64,000 nt of DNA from Nitrospirota bacterium (GTDB taxonomy: Bacteria; Nitrospirota; JACRHJ01): NCBI GenBank assembly GCA_963733375.1, contig CAVTDB010000009.1, positions 155,018 to 219,017 of the forward strand, in the 5' to 3' direction. Positions 23,429 to 34,625 of the stretch are shown here, one piece after another. The notes beneath the pieces are model-generated. The model was not told the origin of the DNA, did not search any database, and worked only from the letters and a program-made list of their open reading frames with translations. The stretch's first letter is position 1, and the number at the start of each line of letters is the position of its first letter. The position numbers and the translations under genes are program-made.

Positions 23429-25384
23429 TGACGGATTCCCTGACAAACAGTTTCCCCCCACGGAAGGAATTCTCCGACAATGCCCGCATAAAGAGCATGG
23501 AGGAGTACGAGCGGCTTTACAAAAGGTCCATCGAAGACCCCGACGGCTTCTGGGCCGGGATGGCGGAAGAAAACCTGGCGTGGGAGCGGAAATGGGAAAA
23601 GGTTCTGTGAGTACGACTTTAATAAGCCGGAGGTGAAGTGGTTCAGCGGCGGGAAGCTGAACGCCTCGTATAACTGCCTGGACAGGTTCGCCAATACAGC
23701 CTTACGGAACAAGGCGGCGCTGATATGGGAATCCGACGGCGGCAACTATAAGACGTACACCTACCAGCAGCTCTTGCTGGAGGTAAAAAAATTCGCCAAC
23801 GTGCTGAAGAAGAAGGGCATAAAAAAAGGCGACAGGGTCACCATATACCTCCCGATGGTCCCGGAGCTTGTAATATCGATGCTCGCATGCGCGCGCATCG
23901 GCGCCATACACAGCGTGGTATTCGGCGGCTTCAGCGCGGACTCTCTCAGGAACAGGATACAGGACTGCGAGTCGTCTCTGCTTGTTACGGCCGACTATGG
24001 CGTCAGGGGGGGAAAGCATATCCCGCTCAAGGCCAACGCGGTCGAGGCGCTGCATGGGTGCCCGTCCGTGAAGGCGGTGATAACGGTCCGGAGGGTCGGG
24101 TCGGAGACCGTGGACATGGAGCCGGGGATAGACTCGTGGTGGCACGAGGAGATGGCCGCGCCGGACATATCCAAAGACTGCGAGCCTGAGTGGATGGACG
24201 CCTGCGACCCTCTGTTCATACTCTACACCTCGGGCTCTACCGGCAAGCCCAAGGGTGTGCTGCATGCGACCGGCGGATATCTGCTCTATGCAAATCTGAC
24301 GTTCAAATGGGTATTCGATTACCATGAGGACGACCTGCATTTCTGCACGGCGGATATCGGCTGGGTCACGGGACACAGCTACATCGTATACGGCCCTCTC
24401 TCAAACGGCGCGACCACGCTCATGTTCGAAGGCGTGCCGACATATCCAGACCCCGGACGGTTCTGGGACATAGTGGACAAGTTCGGGGTGAGCATATTCT
24501 ACACCGCCCCGACCGCCATAAGGGCGCTGATGCGTGAAGGCGATAAATGGGTGACGGGCCACGACCTGTCCTCCTTAAGGGTCCTGGGGACGGTGGGTGA
24601 ACCCATAAACCCGGGCGCGTGGCTATGGTATCACGACAAGATCGGAAAGGGCAGGCTCCCATTAGTGGATACATGGTGGCAGACAGAGACGGGAGGCATA
24701 TTGATTACCCCCCTGCCCGGCGCCATGACGCTTAAACCCGGCTCCGCATGCAGGCCGTTTCCGGGAGTTTTGCCCAGGGTGCTCCGGGAAGACGGCTCCG
24801 ACGCGGCGGAGGGCGAGGCGGGCTACCTGGTCATCGATAAACCGTGGCCCGGTTTTATGAGCGGCATGTACGGAGACCCCAAAGGCAAACGCTTTAAGGA
24901 AGTATATTTCAGCCGTTTCCCGGGCAGGTACTTTACCGGCGACGGCGCGAAGGTAGACGATGACGGCGACTATTGGCTGCTGGGAAGGATAGACGACGTC
25001 CTGAACGTTTCCGGCCACAGGCTGGGGACGGCGGAGCTGGAAAACGCGCTCGTTTCGCATGAGGGCGTCGCGGAGGCGGCGGTCGTCGGTTTCCCGCACG
25101 ACATAAAGGGAGAAGGCATATACGCATACGTGACCGTCCAGTCCGGGTATACGCCGTCGGACGGGCTGAGGGAAGAGCTGGTGGCCCATGTGCGAAAGAA
25201 GATAGGTCCTATAGCAAGACCCGACAAGCTGCAGTTCGTTTCGGGCCTCCCGAAGACCCGAAGCGGTAAGATCATGAGGAGGATACTGAGAAAAATCGCC
25301 CAGGGCGACGTCGAAAACATTGGCGATACTTCCACGCTCGCCGATCCGTCGGTGGTGGATTCCATTATAAAGGACAGGCTGTAA
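23428..25384 (+). CDS. acs: Acetyl-CoA synthetase, AMP-forming (frameshift near 23610)
   Basis: [49 protein letters not shown]. Confidence 0.96.
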
Positions 25385-25998
25385 TGCAGCAGGAAAAATA
25401 CAATATCGAGTCCGGGGAAGAGAAGGCCTGGCGGGAGCTGAAGGCGGCGGACCCGAGCCAGGTGGAGAAAAACAGCGGGGCCCAATACGACGCCTCAAGA
25501 GATGCTTATAGATTAGAAATACTCGGCGGGATTTACGAGGCGTCCGTCGGCGAAAAAAAGATAACCTGCATATCCGACCCTGGCCGAAAACCCGAATATT
25601 TCATAAACCTGGCGACGCCGGTATATCTCGTGCAGGCGAAGCCCGTCGGGCCGTCGGGCGAACTGGTGAAGGAGTTAAAAGGCGGGGACTTCTTCTTCCG
25701 GGGGTCGCATACTCTGCCGCTTGGCCCCATAGCCGAAAAATACGGAAACGATAAAGAGTCATTTATAAAATCGGCGGCCTCGGTCGGAGGGACGCCTATC
25801 GGCATGGGCGACGCCGGTTTTGCCTTCAGGGCCTATCCGAGGATAGGCATGGCGTTCGTGCTATGGCTCGCGGACGATGAGTTCGAGGCCAGGGCGAGCC
25901 TGCTTTTCGATTCCCTCGCCGACCGCCACATGGCGCTTGACGCCGTATGGGCGGTGGCGCTTGTGGCCTGTCAGAGGGTATTGTCTTTCACTTCCTGA
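25384..25998 (+). CDS. DUF3786-family protein
   Basis: GGDFFFRGSH, YPRI...WLADDEFEARASLLFD. Confidence 0.75.
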   Translation: MQQEKYNIESGEEKAWRELKAADPSQVEKNSGAQYDASRDAYRLEILGGIYEASVGEKKITCISDPGRKPEYFINLATPVYLVQAKPVGPSGELVKELKGGDFFFRGSHTLPLGPIAEKYGNDKESFIKSAASVGGTPIGMGDAGFAFRAYPRIGMAFVLWLADDEFEARASLLFDSLADRHMALDAVWAVALVACQRVLSFTS

Positions 25999-26362
25999 CG
26001 TATTCGTTCACGAGCTTTAGAAGCTCCGCCGTCTGTATGGGCTTTGAGAGATAGGCGTTCGCGCCCAGCGCAAGACCCTTCCTCCTGTCTTCGTCCGCAC
26101 CTTCCGTCGTGATTATGATTATCGGAATTTCCTTGTGCTGGTCGTTCCCCCGGATAAGGGAGACGAGCTTCAGGCCGTCCATGATCGGCATGTTTATGTC
26201 CGTCAGCACCAGGTCGAACTTCTGCGCGGAGAGCTTCTTGAGGGCGTCTATGCCGTCCGTCGCCTCGACAATCTTCGACCCGTGCACCCTCTTAAGGGCA
26301 AATGAAATGAGCTGCCTCATCGTGGGTGAATCTTCGACTACCAGGAAATTTATTTCAGCCAT
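25988..26362 (-). CDS. cheY: Single-domain response regulator (CheY-like)
   Basis: VVEDS, TDINMP.MDG, ITTE, SKP; last gene of the che operon. Confidence 0.85.
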   Translation of the reverse strand: MAEINFLVVEDSPTMRQLISFALKRVHGSKIVEATDGIDALKKLSAQKFDLVLTDINMPIMDGLKLVSLIRGNDQHKEIPIIIITTEGADEDRRKGLALGANAYLSKPIQTAELLKLVNEYVRK

Positions 26363-26388
26363 CTACTTTATTCCTCCTTGAAGAAGGG

Positions 26389-27231
26389 TTATTCCCCCTC
26401 TGGTTTGCCTTTTATAAGGTCCAGGAAACTCTGGATGGTAACGAGCTTTCTCTCCGACTCCGAGTACAGCCTGGAAGAGAAAACCGCCGTGGCCGCGTGT
26501 CCAGCTAACATCGAGAAGAGCTCGTAGTCCACGTCCGTGAACTCCTTCTTCTGCACGAGCAGCGTATATATTACTATCACGCCGATTACATGCTCTTTTA
26601 TCTTCAATGGTATGCATACCATGGGGACGGAAAGGTCCAGGTTTTCGGCGGGCGCATCGGTCGCGTAGTAGCTTTCGCCCTCGCTTGCGACCTGGCCGAT
26701 TATCCCCTCGCCCATGGATACCTGCGGCATGTCTTCGACCGCTATGCCCTCCGCGGCGATCGCGGATAAGTCCTTGGTTTTTTCGTCCAGGAGCATTAAG
26801 GCGAATTTTTCCGCGCCCACCAGGTTCATGATGATCTCCAGCACCGTCTTTACCACCTCGGAAAAATCCAGGGTGGAATGGAGCTGGTAGCTCGCGACGT
26901 AGAGGTTAGCCAGGTTGTTATTCTCCTGCTCCACCTCGAGGTACTTCTCGGCGAAACTCTTGTTCTCCAGTTCCACCTCCCGGTACCGCTCCATCAGATG
27001 CCTGTTCTCCTCCACCAGGGAGGCGACCTGCTCTTCGAGCGTCTTTACCTTGACGGGGTCCGTACTCCTGGCGCGCCTGAAATCTTCCTCCAGCTGGACC
27101 AGCCTGAAACGGAGCTTCTCGTTTTCCTGGAGGACTTCCTGCGTAAACGCCTCGCCCTTCCTGAAGATCTGGAGGAATTCCTCCGTCCTCGACCTCAAGT
27201 CCTTATGTCCTTCTCTGCCGTCCTTTTCCAA
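26389..27231 (-). CDS. Coiled-coil plus GAF-domain protein
   Basis: N-terminal heptad region, then NLYVASYQLHSTLD and a GAF-like domain (GEGIIGQVA, CIPLKI, HAATA); no output domain. Confidence 0.8.
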   Translation of the reverse strand: MEKDGREGHKDLRSRTEEFLQIFRKGEAFTQEVLQENEKLRFRLVQLEEDFRRARSTDPVKVKTLEEQVASLVEENRHLMERYREVELENKSFAEKYLEVEQENNNLANLYVASYQLHSTLDFSEVVKTVLEIIMNLVGAEKFALMLLDEKTKDLSAIAAEGIAVEDMPQVSMGEGIIGQVASEGESYYATDAPAENLDLSVPMVCIPLKIKEHVIGVIVIYTLLVQKKEFTDVDYELFSMLAGHAATAVFSSRLYSESERKLVTIQSFLDLIKGKPEGE

Positions 27232-27259
27232 GACTACCTCCCTCGTTGGCGGCGCTTTT

Positions 27260-28306
27260 TTAAACGCATATCCTTAAAATTTCGGCGGCTATCTTGTCCA
27301 AGGGCATGGACTTTTCTACCGCCCCCGCTTCCACGGCCTCTTTCGGCATGCCGTATATCACCGCCGTCTCCTGCGATTCCGCGATTGTCCTGCCGCCCAG
27401 CCCTCTGATCAGCGACATGCCTTCCCGGCCGTCGTTGCCCATCCCGGTCAGGATCACCCCCATCGTCCTCTTCCCGAAATTCAACGCGGCGGAGCGCATC
27501 ATCGCGTCCACCGAAGGCGTAAATTTATCTTGAGCCACCGCCTCTTTAAGCGTGGCCGCCACCCCGCCTTCAGTCCTTTTAAAGGACATGTGATAGCCGC
27601 CCGGGGCGATAAGAGCGGTCCCCGGAAGAAGCGGGTCGCCCTCACGGGCCTCCTTCACGGAAATTGCGCACAGCTTATCCAGCCTCTCCGCGAAGAACCT
27701 GGTAAATACCGGCGGCATATGCTGGCTTACCGCGATTGCCGACGGAAATTCTTTCGGCAGGTTGGCCAGTATCGCCTGTACCGCCGGGGGCCCGCCGGTG
27801 GATGCCCCTATCGCCACCAGGTCCATGCCCTGTCCGGCCGGCGCCTGCCTCTCTTTCGGAGCGCTCGGAGGCACGGTCTGCCTGAGCAGCTCCATGGACC
27901 TGCTGACCCTCGATATCTCGACGCCTGCGAAAAACCTCGCCTTCTCGATAAGGTCCGGTCCGAGTTCTTCCAGGTTCTCCGGCGAGACGGGCTTCGGCAG
28001 GAAATCCACCGCCCCGAACTCCAGGGCGGTAATGACGCTCCTGTCGTCGGCCCTCGAACTTATTACCAGCACCGGCGTCGGCACCGCCCTCATCAGCCAC
28101 CGGAGGAACGTAAAGCCGTCCATCCGCGGCATCTCGAGGTCGAGCGTAATGAGGTCGGGCCGGAGCTTCACGACCCGCTCTATCGCTTCTTCGCCGTCCG
28201 CCGCGGCGCCTACAACCTCTATACCGTGTGCCGAACCCAGTATCCCGGTCAGGACCTTCCTGTTCTGGGGGGAGTCGTCCACCACGAGCACTTTTATTTT
28301 CTTCAT
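27260..28306 (-). CDS. cheB: Chemotaxis methylesterase
   Basis: Receiver domain plus GASTGG, QHMP and LTGMGNDG catalytic motifs. Confidence 0.96.
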   Translation of the reverse strand: MKKIKVLVVDDSPQNRKVLTGILGSAHGIEVVGAAADGEEAIERVVKLRPDLITLDLEMPRMDGFTFLRWLMRAVPTPVLVISSRADDRSVITALEFGAVDFLPKPVSPENLEELGPDLIEKARFFAGVEISRVSRSMELLRQTVPPSAPKERQAPAGQGMDLVAIGASTGGPPAVQAILANLPKEFPSAIAVSQHMPPVFTRFFAERLDKLCAISVKEAREGDPLLPGTALIAPGGYHMSFKRTEGGVAATLKEAVAQDKFTPSVDAMMRSAALNFGKRTMGVILTGMGNDGREGMSLIRGLGGRTIAESQETAVIYGMPKEAVEAGAVEKSMPLDKIAAEILRICV

Positions 28307-29199
28307 CCGTGCCGCGTCCCCGCTTGGTTCCCTGTGGGCATCGCTTCACCGGCTGAAACCGGCTTCTGATAAACCATGTCGTTTCTTAAGTGCACCAGCC
28401 TGAATGTCGTCGTAACGTTCAAAAGCGACTCCGCGTGCCCCAGCAGAAGGTAGCCGCCGGGCGAGAGTTTATCGTAGAACATCTTTATCAGCTTCTTCTT
28501 CGACTCCGCGTCGAAATAGATCATGACGTTCCGGCAGAATATCACGTCGAACTCCCTCAGGAAGCTTAACCGGTACGGGTCGAAGAGGTTCAAGTGTGAA
28601 AACGTCACGAGCTTTTTTATTTCGTCTGAAATCCGGAAGCTCCCCGGGCTTTCCTCCTTGAAGTACTTGCGCATCATGTCTTCTTTGATGGCACGGAAAG
28701 AGCCGCGCTTGTAAACCCCTCTCCTGGCGGAAGTCAGGACCTTCTGGTTTATGTCGCTCCCTATTATCTCTACCTCTGTCTCGCCCAGACGCCCCGCCTC
28801 CGACAAGATCATGCCCACGGTATAGGGTTCCTCACCCGTCGAGCAGCCCGCGCTCCATACCCTGAGCGACTTTTTGCCTCCGGGCCGCAAAAACTCCGGG
28901 ATTATCTCGTCCCTGAACGCCCTTAGCTGCGCCTCTTCCCGGAAGAAATAGGTCTCGTTCGTGGTAAGGCTGTCAACCACCTCGACAAGCTCCGCCTCTC
29001 TCCTTCTGTCGTAGGTGAGGAAGCGGTAGTAATCGAGGAAGGTGTTTAACTGATGCAGGCGGACGCGCCTCGTGAGCCTCCTTTCCAGGAGGTATTTTGA
29101 GGAATCGTCGAAATAAAGCCCGCAGTAGTCCCGGATGAAGTCCCGTAAAAGCCGGAACACGTCGTCCGGGAGTTCTATTATGTCTTCGCTAAAGATCAT
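28303..29199 (-). CDS. cheR: Chemotaxis methyltransferase
   Basis: TTNETYFFRE, WSAGCSTGEEPY, IFCRNVMIYF, LGHAES. Confidence 0.96.
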   Translation of the reverse strand: MIFSEDIIELPDDVFRLLRDFIRDYCGLYFDDSSKYLLERRLTRRVRLHQLNTFLDYYRFLTYDRRREAELVEVVDSLTTNETYFFREEAQLRAFRDEIIPEFLRPGGKKSLRVWSAGCSTGEEPYTVGMILSEAGRLGETEVEIIGSDINQKVLTSARRGVYKRGSFRAIKEDMMRKYFKEESPGSFRISDEIKKLVTFSHLNLFDPYRLSFLREFDVIFCRNVMIYFDAESKKKLIKMFYDKLSPGGYLLLGHAESLLNVTTTFRLVHLRNDMVYQKPVSAGEAMPTGNQAGTRHG

Positions 29200-31190
29200 C
29201 TGCCTACCCTGATAAGCCTCGCCGCGGCCTCTCTTACCAGCCGCTCCGGGTCGGTATCCGCCGCCTCGGCCAGAAGCTCCATATTCCCTTCAATCCCGGC
29301 GCTTTGCAACGCTTCAAGCGCGGCCTTCCTTACACTCCAGTCCGGGTCTTTCACAAGCTTTTTTATATCGGAAAGCGTCTCGGGCTCTTTCAGGGACAGC
29401 GCGGCCGAGATGCCCGCTTTCCGTATTTCGGCGTCCTCGTCCGCCATCGCGGTCCGGATATATTCCCCGGCCTCCGGTTTGCCCGTCCTGCCTAAGCCCT
29501 CAATGGCCTCCATCCTGACAGGCCCGTAAGAATCGTGCAGGATGGTCAACAAGGCGTCGAATACCCCAGGGTCGTCCTCATATGACAGCGCGCGGGCGGC
29601 CTGGGCGCGCACCCAGGGGTCCTCGTCCTTCAAAAGCAGAAGCATCGGCGCCGCCGCATCCGGCACATTTTTTCCCGAGAGCGCGTTCACCGCCGAAAGC
29701 CGCACTCTCGCGTCTTCGTCCACGATGCATTTCAGCACTGCTTTAAGAGATGCGCCAACGCCCGCCATCGCAATGGAATCCACCGCCGCGGTGCGGACAA
29801 CGGGGTCCTCGTCTTTTAAAAGCCCCTCTAAGACGGCCGCGTTCCCTTTTCCTAAAAGGCCGGATAAAAACGCTATATTTCTCCTGAAGGAAGGGTCCGG
29901 GTCCTGGGCCAGAGCCTTTAAATCCAGCTCTTCCCGGACGCCCGGCAAGATCGCTATGGCCTTGACCGCCACTTCCTGGACATCCTGATATTCATCGCGC
30001 AGAAGCTCCAGCATGGAGGCCGCCGATTTTTCGACCTGAAGCCTGCCTAAGGCAAAAGCCGCGGCCGAACGGGTATGGCCGTCCTCGTCCTTTAAGAGCG
30101 GCAGCAGGAAATTGGCCGCCCTGGCGTCGCCCGCCTCGCCCAAAAGCTCCGCGCAAGCGCGTCTCACCGCCGTGTCCTGGTTATTGAGCAAAAAGAGCAG
30201 GGGCTCTACCCCATCCTTTGATATTTCGAGAAGCGCCGCATAAGCGTCTTTCCGGAGGTCGTCATAATATAAAAGCTTTGAGAGAGCGCCAACCGCGGAC
30301 CTCTCCCTCATCCATCCCATCAGGCGGGCCGCCGATTTACTCAGCTCCGGCTCATGCGATTCGATAAATCCCTTTATGGATTCCACGTCCTCCGGCTTCA
30401 GTATCCCTTTCAGCTTCCGGGCGAGCGACCCCGGATCAGGCGAAGACGACATGATTTTCGCCGCGCCCTTTACGGCAATCTCCCTTATGACCGGGACCTC
30501 GTCCGTCAGGGCTTCCTCGAACACCGGCCAGGCCGAAGTGTCTCCCAGCGTGTAAAGCGCGTCAAGCGCGGCCTCGCGCAGGAAACTGTCCTTCGAAGCC
30601 TCGATAAGCGGCAGGGCGGCCCCGGAATCCCCCAGTTCACCCAGCGCGGCGGCGGCGTTGAAAGCAAGCCACTGGTCATCCGACTTAAGGAACTGGACGA
30701 GCGCCGGCAGCGCGGACTTCGCCTTCATCTTCCCAAGATGCTCCATAGCGGAGGACCGGACGTTCATGTCGCTGTCGCCAAGCGCCTTTATAAGGGCTCC
30801 CGCGCAGGATAAGTCGCCTATCTCTCCTATAATGTCCACTATGAACTTCCTGACGTCCTGGTCCGGCTCGTCCAGCCGGGAAGAAAGCGCTTTCGCGGCC
30901 GGGGGCCCCATCCTTATCAGCCCTTCCGCCGCCGAGTTCCGCGCGCCCGCGTTGTCCTCGGAAAAAAGCGCCCGGTACAGCCCCTCAAAGACCTTCTCGC
31001 CGCCAAAAGAGACGAGGGCGTCAAGAGCCGTCTTCCGTACGCGCCAGTCCGGGTCGAAGACGGACTTCAAAAGGGCCGGTACGTATTCGTCGGAAAGCTT
31101 TTCGGAAAGCTCCGCCGCGGCGAGACGCCGGGTCTCCGGGTCCTCCGACTCAAGTCTTTTTAATATCTCCATAGTTCGACCGTCACTCAT
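29196..31190 (-). CDS. HEAT/PBS-lyase repeat protein
   Basis: Many ~31-aa repeats of the type L.D.D..VR.AA..AL. Confidence 0.92.
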   Translation of the reverse strand: MSDGRTMEILKRLESEDPETRRLAAAELSEKLSDEYVPALLKSVFDPDWRVRKTALDALVSFGGEKVFEGLYRALFSEDNAGARNSAAEGLIRMGPPAAKALSSRLDEPDQDVRKFIVDIIGEIGDLSCAGALIKALGDSDMNVRSSAMEHLGKMKAKSALPALVQFLKSDDQWLAFNAAAALGELGDSGAALPLIEASKDSFLREAALDALYTLGDTSAWPVFEEALTDEVPVIREIAVKGAAKIMSSSPDPGSLARKLKGILKPEDVESIKGFIESHEPELSKSAARLMGWMRERSAVGALSKLLYYDDLRKDAYAALLEISKDGVEPLLFLLNNQDTAVRRACAELLGEAGDARAANFLLPLLKDEDGHTRSAAAFALGRLQVEKSAASMLELLRDEYQDVQEVAVKAIAILPGVREELDLKALAQDPDPSFRRNIAFLSGLLGKGNAAVLEGLLKDEDPVVRTAAVDSIAMAGVGASLKAVLKCIVDEDARVRLSAVNALSGKNVPDAAAPMLLLLKDEDPWVRAQAARALSYEDDPGVFDALLTILHDSYGPVRMEAIEGLGRTGKPEAGEYIRTAMADEDAEIRKAGISAALSLKEPETLSDIKKLVKDPDWSVRKAALEALQSAGIEGNMELLAEAADTDPERLVREAAARLIRVGR

Positions 31191-31193
31191 AGA

Positions 31194-31701
31194 TTATTCT
31201 TCCGGTCCGGGTTCCACGCGGGCAGAGTCCAGTTCGGCCAGTTCCCGGCGGTTAAGGAGTTTTTCGGGGTCCAGCACCATTATAAGCCTGTCCCCCGCCT
31301 TCCCGACGCCTTGCAGGAACTGCGCCTCCGGCCCCTTCACGACCTCGGGCGCCTCCTCTATCTCGCCCAGGTCCATATATATTATTTCCTTGACCTCATC
31401 CACAACGGCGCCCAGCATCTTCCCTTCCACGAGCAGGATAAGGACCTTATCCCTGGACACGCCATCAGACGCGGAGCTTACGCCCAGCCTTTTGCGGACA
31501 TCGATTATGGGGACCACGCTGCCGCGCAGGTTTATGATGCCCTCGATGAACTCCGGGGCCTTCGGCAACGCTGGTCAGCTTCTGGGGCCTGATGATCTCC
31601 ATGATCTTCATGATGTCCACGCCGTACTCGCCCGTTCCTGCGCGAAATACCGCGAGCTGCACCCGCCCCTTTTCTTTTTTGACGGCAACGTCAGTCTGCA
31701 T
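31194..31701 (-). CDS. cheW: CheW adaptor (1 frameshift)
   Basis: EYGVDIMKIMEII, PEFIEGIINLRGSVVPIID, GAVVDEV. Confidence 0.92.
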
Positions 31702-31702
31702 C

Positions 31703-34616
31703 TTACCTGCCTCCGGCGACGGCGTACTCTATGCCGTACAGCCTTTTTACCATCCTCCTTATCGCATCGTACTCATCGTCGTGTTACGTCCGTGAAGCCC
31801 TCGCATTCCGAGTCTATCGCCTGGAGGATCCGCGTATGGGCGGGGTCGGAGCCGGAGAGTCCGAGGAACGCCTTTCTTAACTTCTCCCTGGTTTCCAGGT
31901 CCACCTTCTTGCACGCGGAGAAATTGAAGTTCGCGATCGAGTCGGAGAAATAGATTATCTTCAGCCCGCTGCCTACATACTGCTTGGCCACCGACTCCAT
32001 CATCCCTCCGGCGTCGCATTCCCCGGTAAGGACGGCCTTGGCCACGGCGTCATGACGGCCGAAGTACTTGTACGATTTCAGGTCGTAGAGCCTTATCCCC
32101 GCGTCGCTCAAAATGGCCCTTGGCATCAGGTGTGAAGAAGTCGATTTTTCGCTTCCGAAGCCGAAACTCCTGCCGCGGATATCTTTTATATCCTTAATGT
32201 CCGAGCCTTCCCTGGTGACGATGACCGAGCGCGTGAAGATATTCCCTTTGCCTATGGACTTCACGATGGCCTCGACCCCGTACTTGTGCCTCGCTTCCAC
32301 GTATGTCGTGGGGCCCAGCCAGCAGATATCGGTAACGCCCAGGCCCAGGTCGTTTACCGCCGAGGCCATATCCTGCCCGGGCACTATATCCACCTCCACG
32401 CCCAGCTTATCCGAGAGGTAGTTCGCCAGCGGCGTGAAGCGTCTTATCATCGCCTCGGGATCTTCGAGCGGGAGCACTCCCAGGCGCATCCTGCCCGAAG
32501 AAAGGCTGTACTGCTCCATCAGCGCGAAGTGGTTTATCTCTTTCCTTAAGAGGTCCGCCTGCGAAGTGAGTTCGGAGACGGACAGGTCCATTTCTTCAGC
32601 TAACTTCACGGAGGCGAAAGTTATATCCCTTATCTTGCCGAGCGAGCGCACAATTTCCTGGCTCCCCTTCCTCTGCTCAGAAGTCGCCGAGGCTATATTC
32701 TGCACCTTGTCGGAGACGTTTTCGACAGCAATGGTAATCTCCTTGCTGCCCTTGGTCTGCTCGGACATGGCGTTTTTCACCTGCTGGGTGATATCGTTCA
32801 TGTTCTCGGAGGCCACCATGATCTGTTCGGACCCCCGGCTCTGTTCCTGGGTGGCCGTCAGTATCTGCTGGACCATGTTTGAAATGGACATCATCGCCGC
32901 CGATACCTGGCGTATCCCCTCGGCCTGTTCCACGGTCGCCTTCTCGATACCCTTGGACATCGCGGCGGCGCGGGTGGAGCTCTGGACTATCTTTACAAGC
33001 GCCTCTTTGGCCTCGAGAGCTATCTTTACCCCCTGCTCGACGCTCTCCCGCCCCGTCTTGATGGATTTCACGGCGTCTTTAGCCTCGCTCTGCACGGCGC
33101 TTATCAGCTTCGCTATTTCCTGGGTGGAGGAGGAGGTGCGCTCCGCCAGGTCTTTTATCTCGTTTGCCACGACGGCAAAGCCCTTGCCGTGCTCGCCGGC
33201 CTGGGCCGCGAGTATCGCGGCGTTAAGCGCAAGGAGCGAGGTCTGGTCGGTGACGTCGTCGATAACGGTCAATATCTCGCCTATCTCCTCGGAGCGGCCG
33301 CCGAGCTGCTCGATGACCTTCGCCGCCTTTTCTACGGTCTCCTTGATGTTGCCCATGCTCTCGATGGTCTTCTGGACAGAGCTCATGCCAAGCCCGGCCG
33401 CCTCCTCCGTCACCTGTTCGGACAGGGAAGCCGACTCCTTCGAAATCGCCTCGACCTCTTTTATGGAGGCGCCCATCTGCGTGGCCGAAGCGGTAGTCTC
33501 CTCCGCCGCGCTCGACAGCACGTCCATGTTCTCCGCCACCTGCTTTATCGAAGCCGCCATCTCCATGATGGAAGACGATGTGGACTCCGCCGAGCCGGAG
33601 AGCTGGCTGGTGCTTCCGGCGACCTCGTCTATCGAAGCGGCCATCTCCATAATGGAGGAGGACGAGGATTCGGCGCTTGCCGAGAGGGATTCCGCGCTTT
33701 CCGCGACTTCCTTTATCGAGGCGTTCATCTCGTCCATCGAGGAAGACGTGGTCTCCGTCAGCTCGTGCTGGGCCTCGGAACCTTCGGATATTTTCTTCGC
33801 GTTCATGGCTATCCGCTCGGTTGCGTTCGCGACGCTTATGGAGGCGTCTTTTACCCTTGCCAGCATGTTCTTCAGGTTGGATACCATCGCGTTTATAGCA
33901 TTGCCAAGCTCGCCCAGCTCGTCATCCGAATCGGCCTCTATCGATTTCGTCAGGTCGCCGCCCGCTATCTGCTTGGCCGTCAATACCAGCTTGGATATCC
34001 TGCCGGTGATGAACCTGGAGACGAAGAAGGCGAATATCACGATAGCGATGATCAGCGAGCATAACGCTATCAACGTGGACCGGAACATCAGCAGCCGCTT
34101 TGCGGCGTAAACTTCATCGTAGCTGAGCCCCAGCCTGATGGCTCCTAGATGTTTTCCTTCGGGGTCGGTAAGCGGGATGACCGTATCGTAGTATTTCTTC
34201 TGCCCGTACGTGAAGACCGGCGCCTGGTCCTTCACTTCCTTCAGGGCCTTCGCGGCGGCCATGCTGACCGGGTCGCTATAGACTTTCCCTATATGGGCCG
34301 CATTGTCGGCGAAGAGTATTTTTCCCGTGGAGTCAACGACCATGCAGTACCCTATGTTCGGGTTCTTTTTGGTCAATTCGACGCAGCGTTCGCTGACGCC
34401 GGAAAGGGATTCAAGCGGAAGCCCCAGGCTCAGCGAGTCCTGCAAGCCCCCCCTGAAAGAATCGCCTATCGCGAACGACTTCCCTAACAAGGCCTTCGTG
34501 TAAAGGGTCGTGAACCCGTACGTGAGGGCGATCGTAGAGGCGGATATGACGCCCAGCAGCACAAGGGTCACGATCACCAGCACCCTCATCTGGAGGGATT
34601 TAAGACCTGTCTTCAT
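31703..34616 (-). CDS. Methyl-accepting chemoreceptor: TM, Cache-like domain, TM, HAMP, long signalling domain, C-terminal PhnD/PtxB-like domain
   Basis: Tip motif [27 protein letters not shown]. The in-frame C-terminal domain has LGVLP...FTPLANYL...STSSHLMP...GRHDAV. The last ~25 aa ([14 protein letters not shown]...) follow a frameshift. Confidence 0.93.
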
Positions 34617-34625
34617 TCTTTCCTC

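Noticed and set aside
23600-23615. TGA early in acs as possible selenocysteine or readthrough
   Set aside because: The protein continues in a different frame, so this is an indel and not an in-frame stop.
30658-34110. Long plus-strand ORFs (431 aa, 558 aa) and similar antisense ORFs elsewhere
   Set aside because: They are Ser/Ala-rich shadows of real minus-strand genes in GC-rich DNA, with no recognisable motifs.
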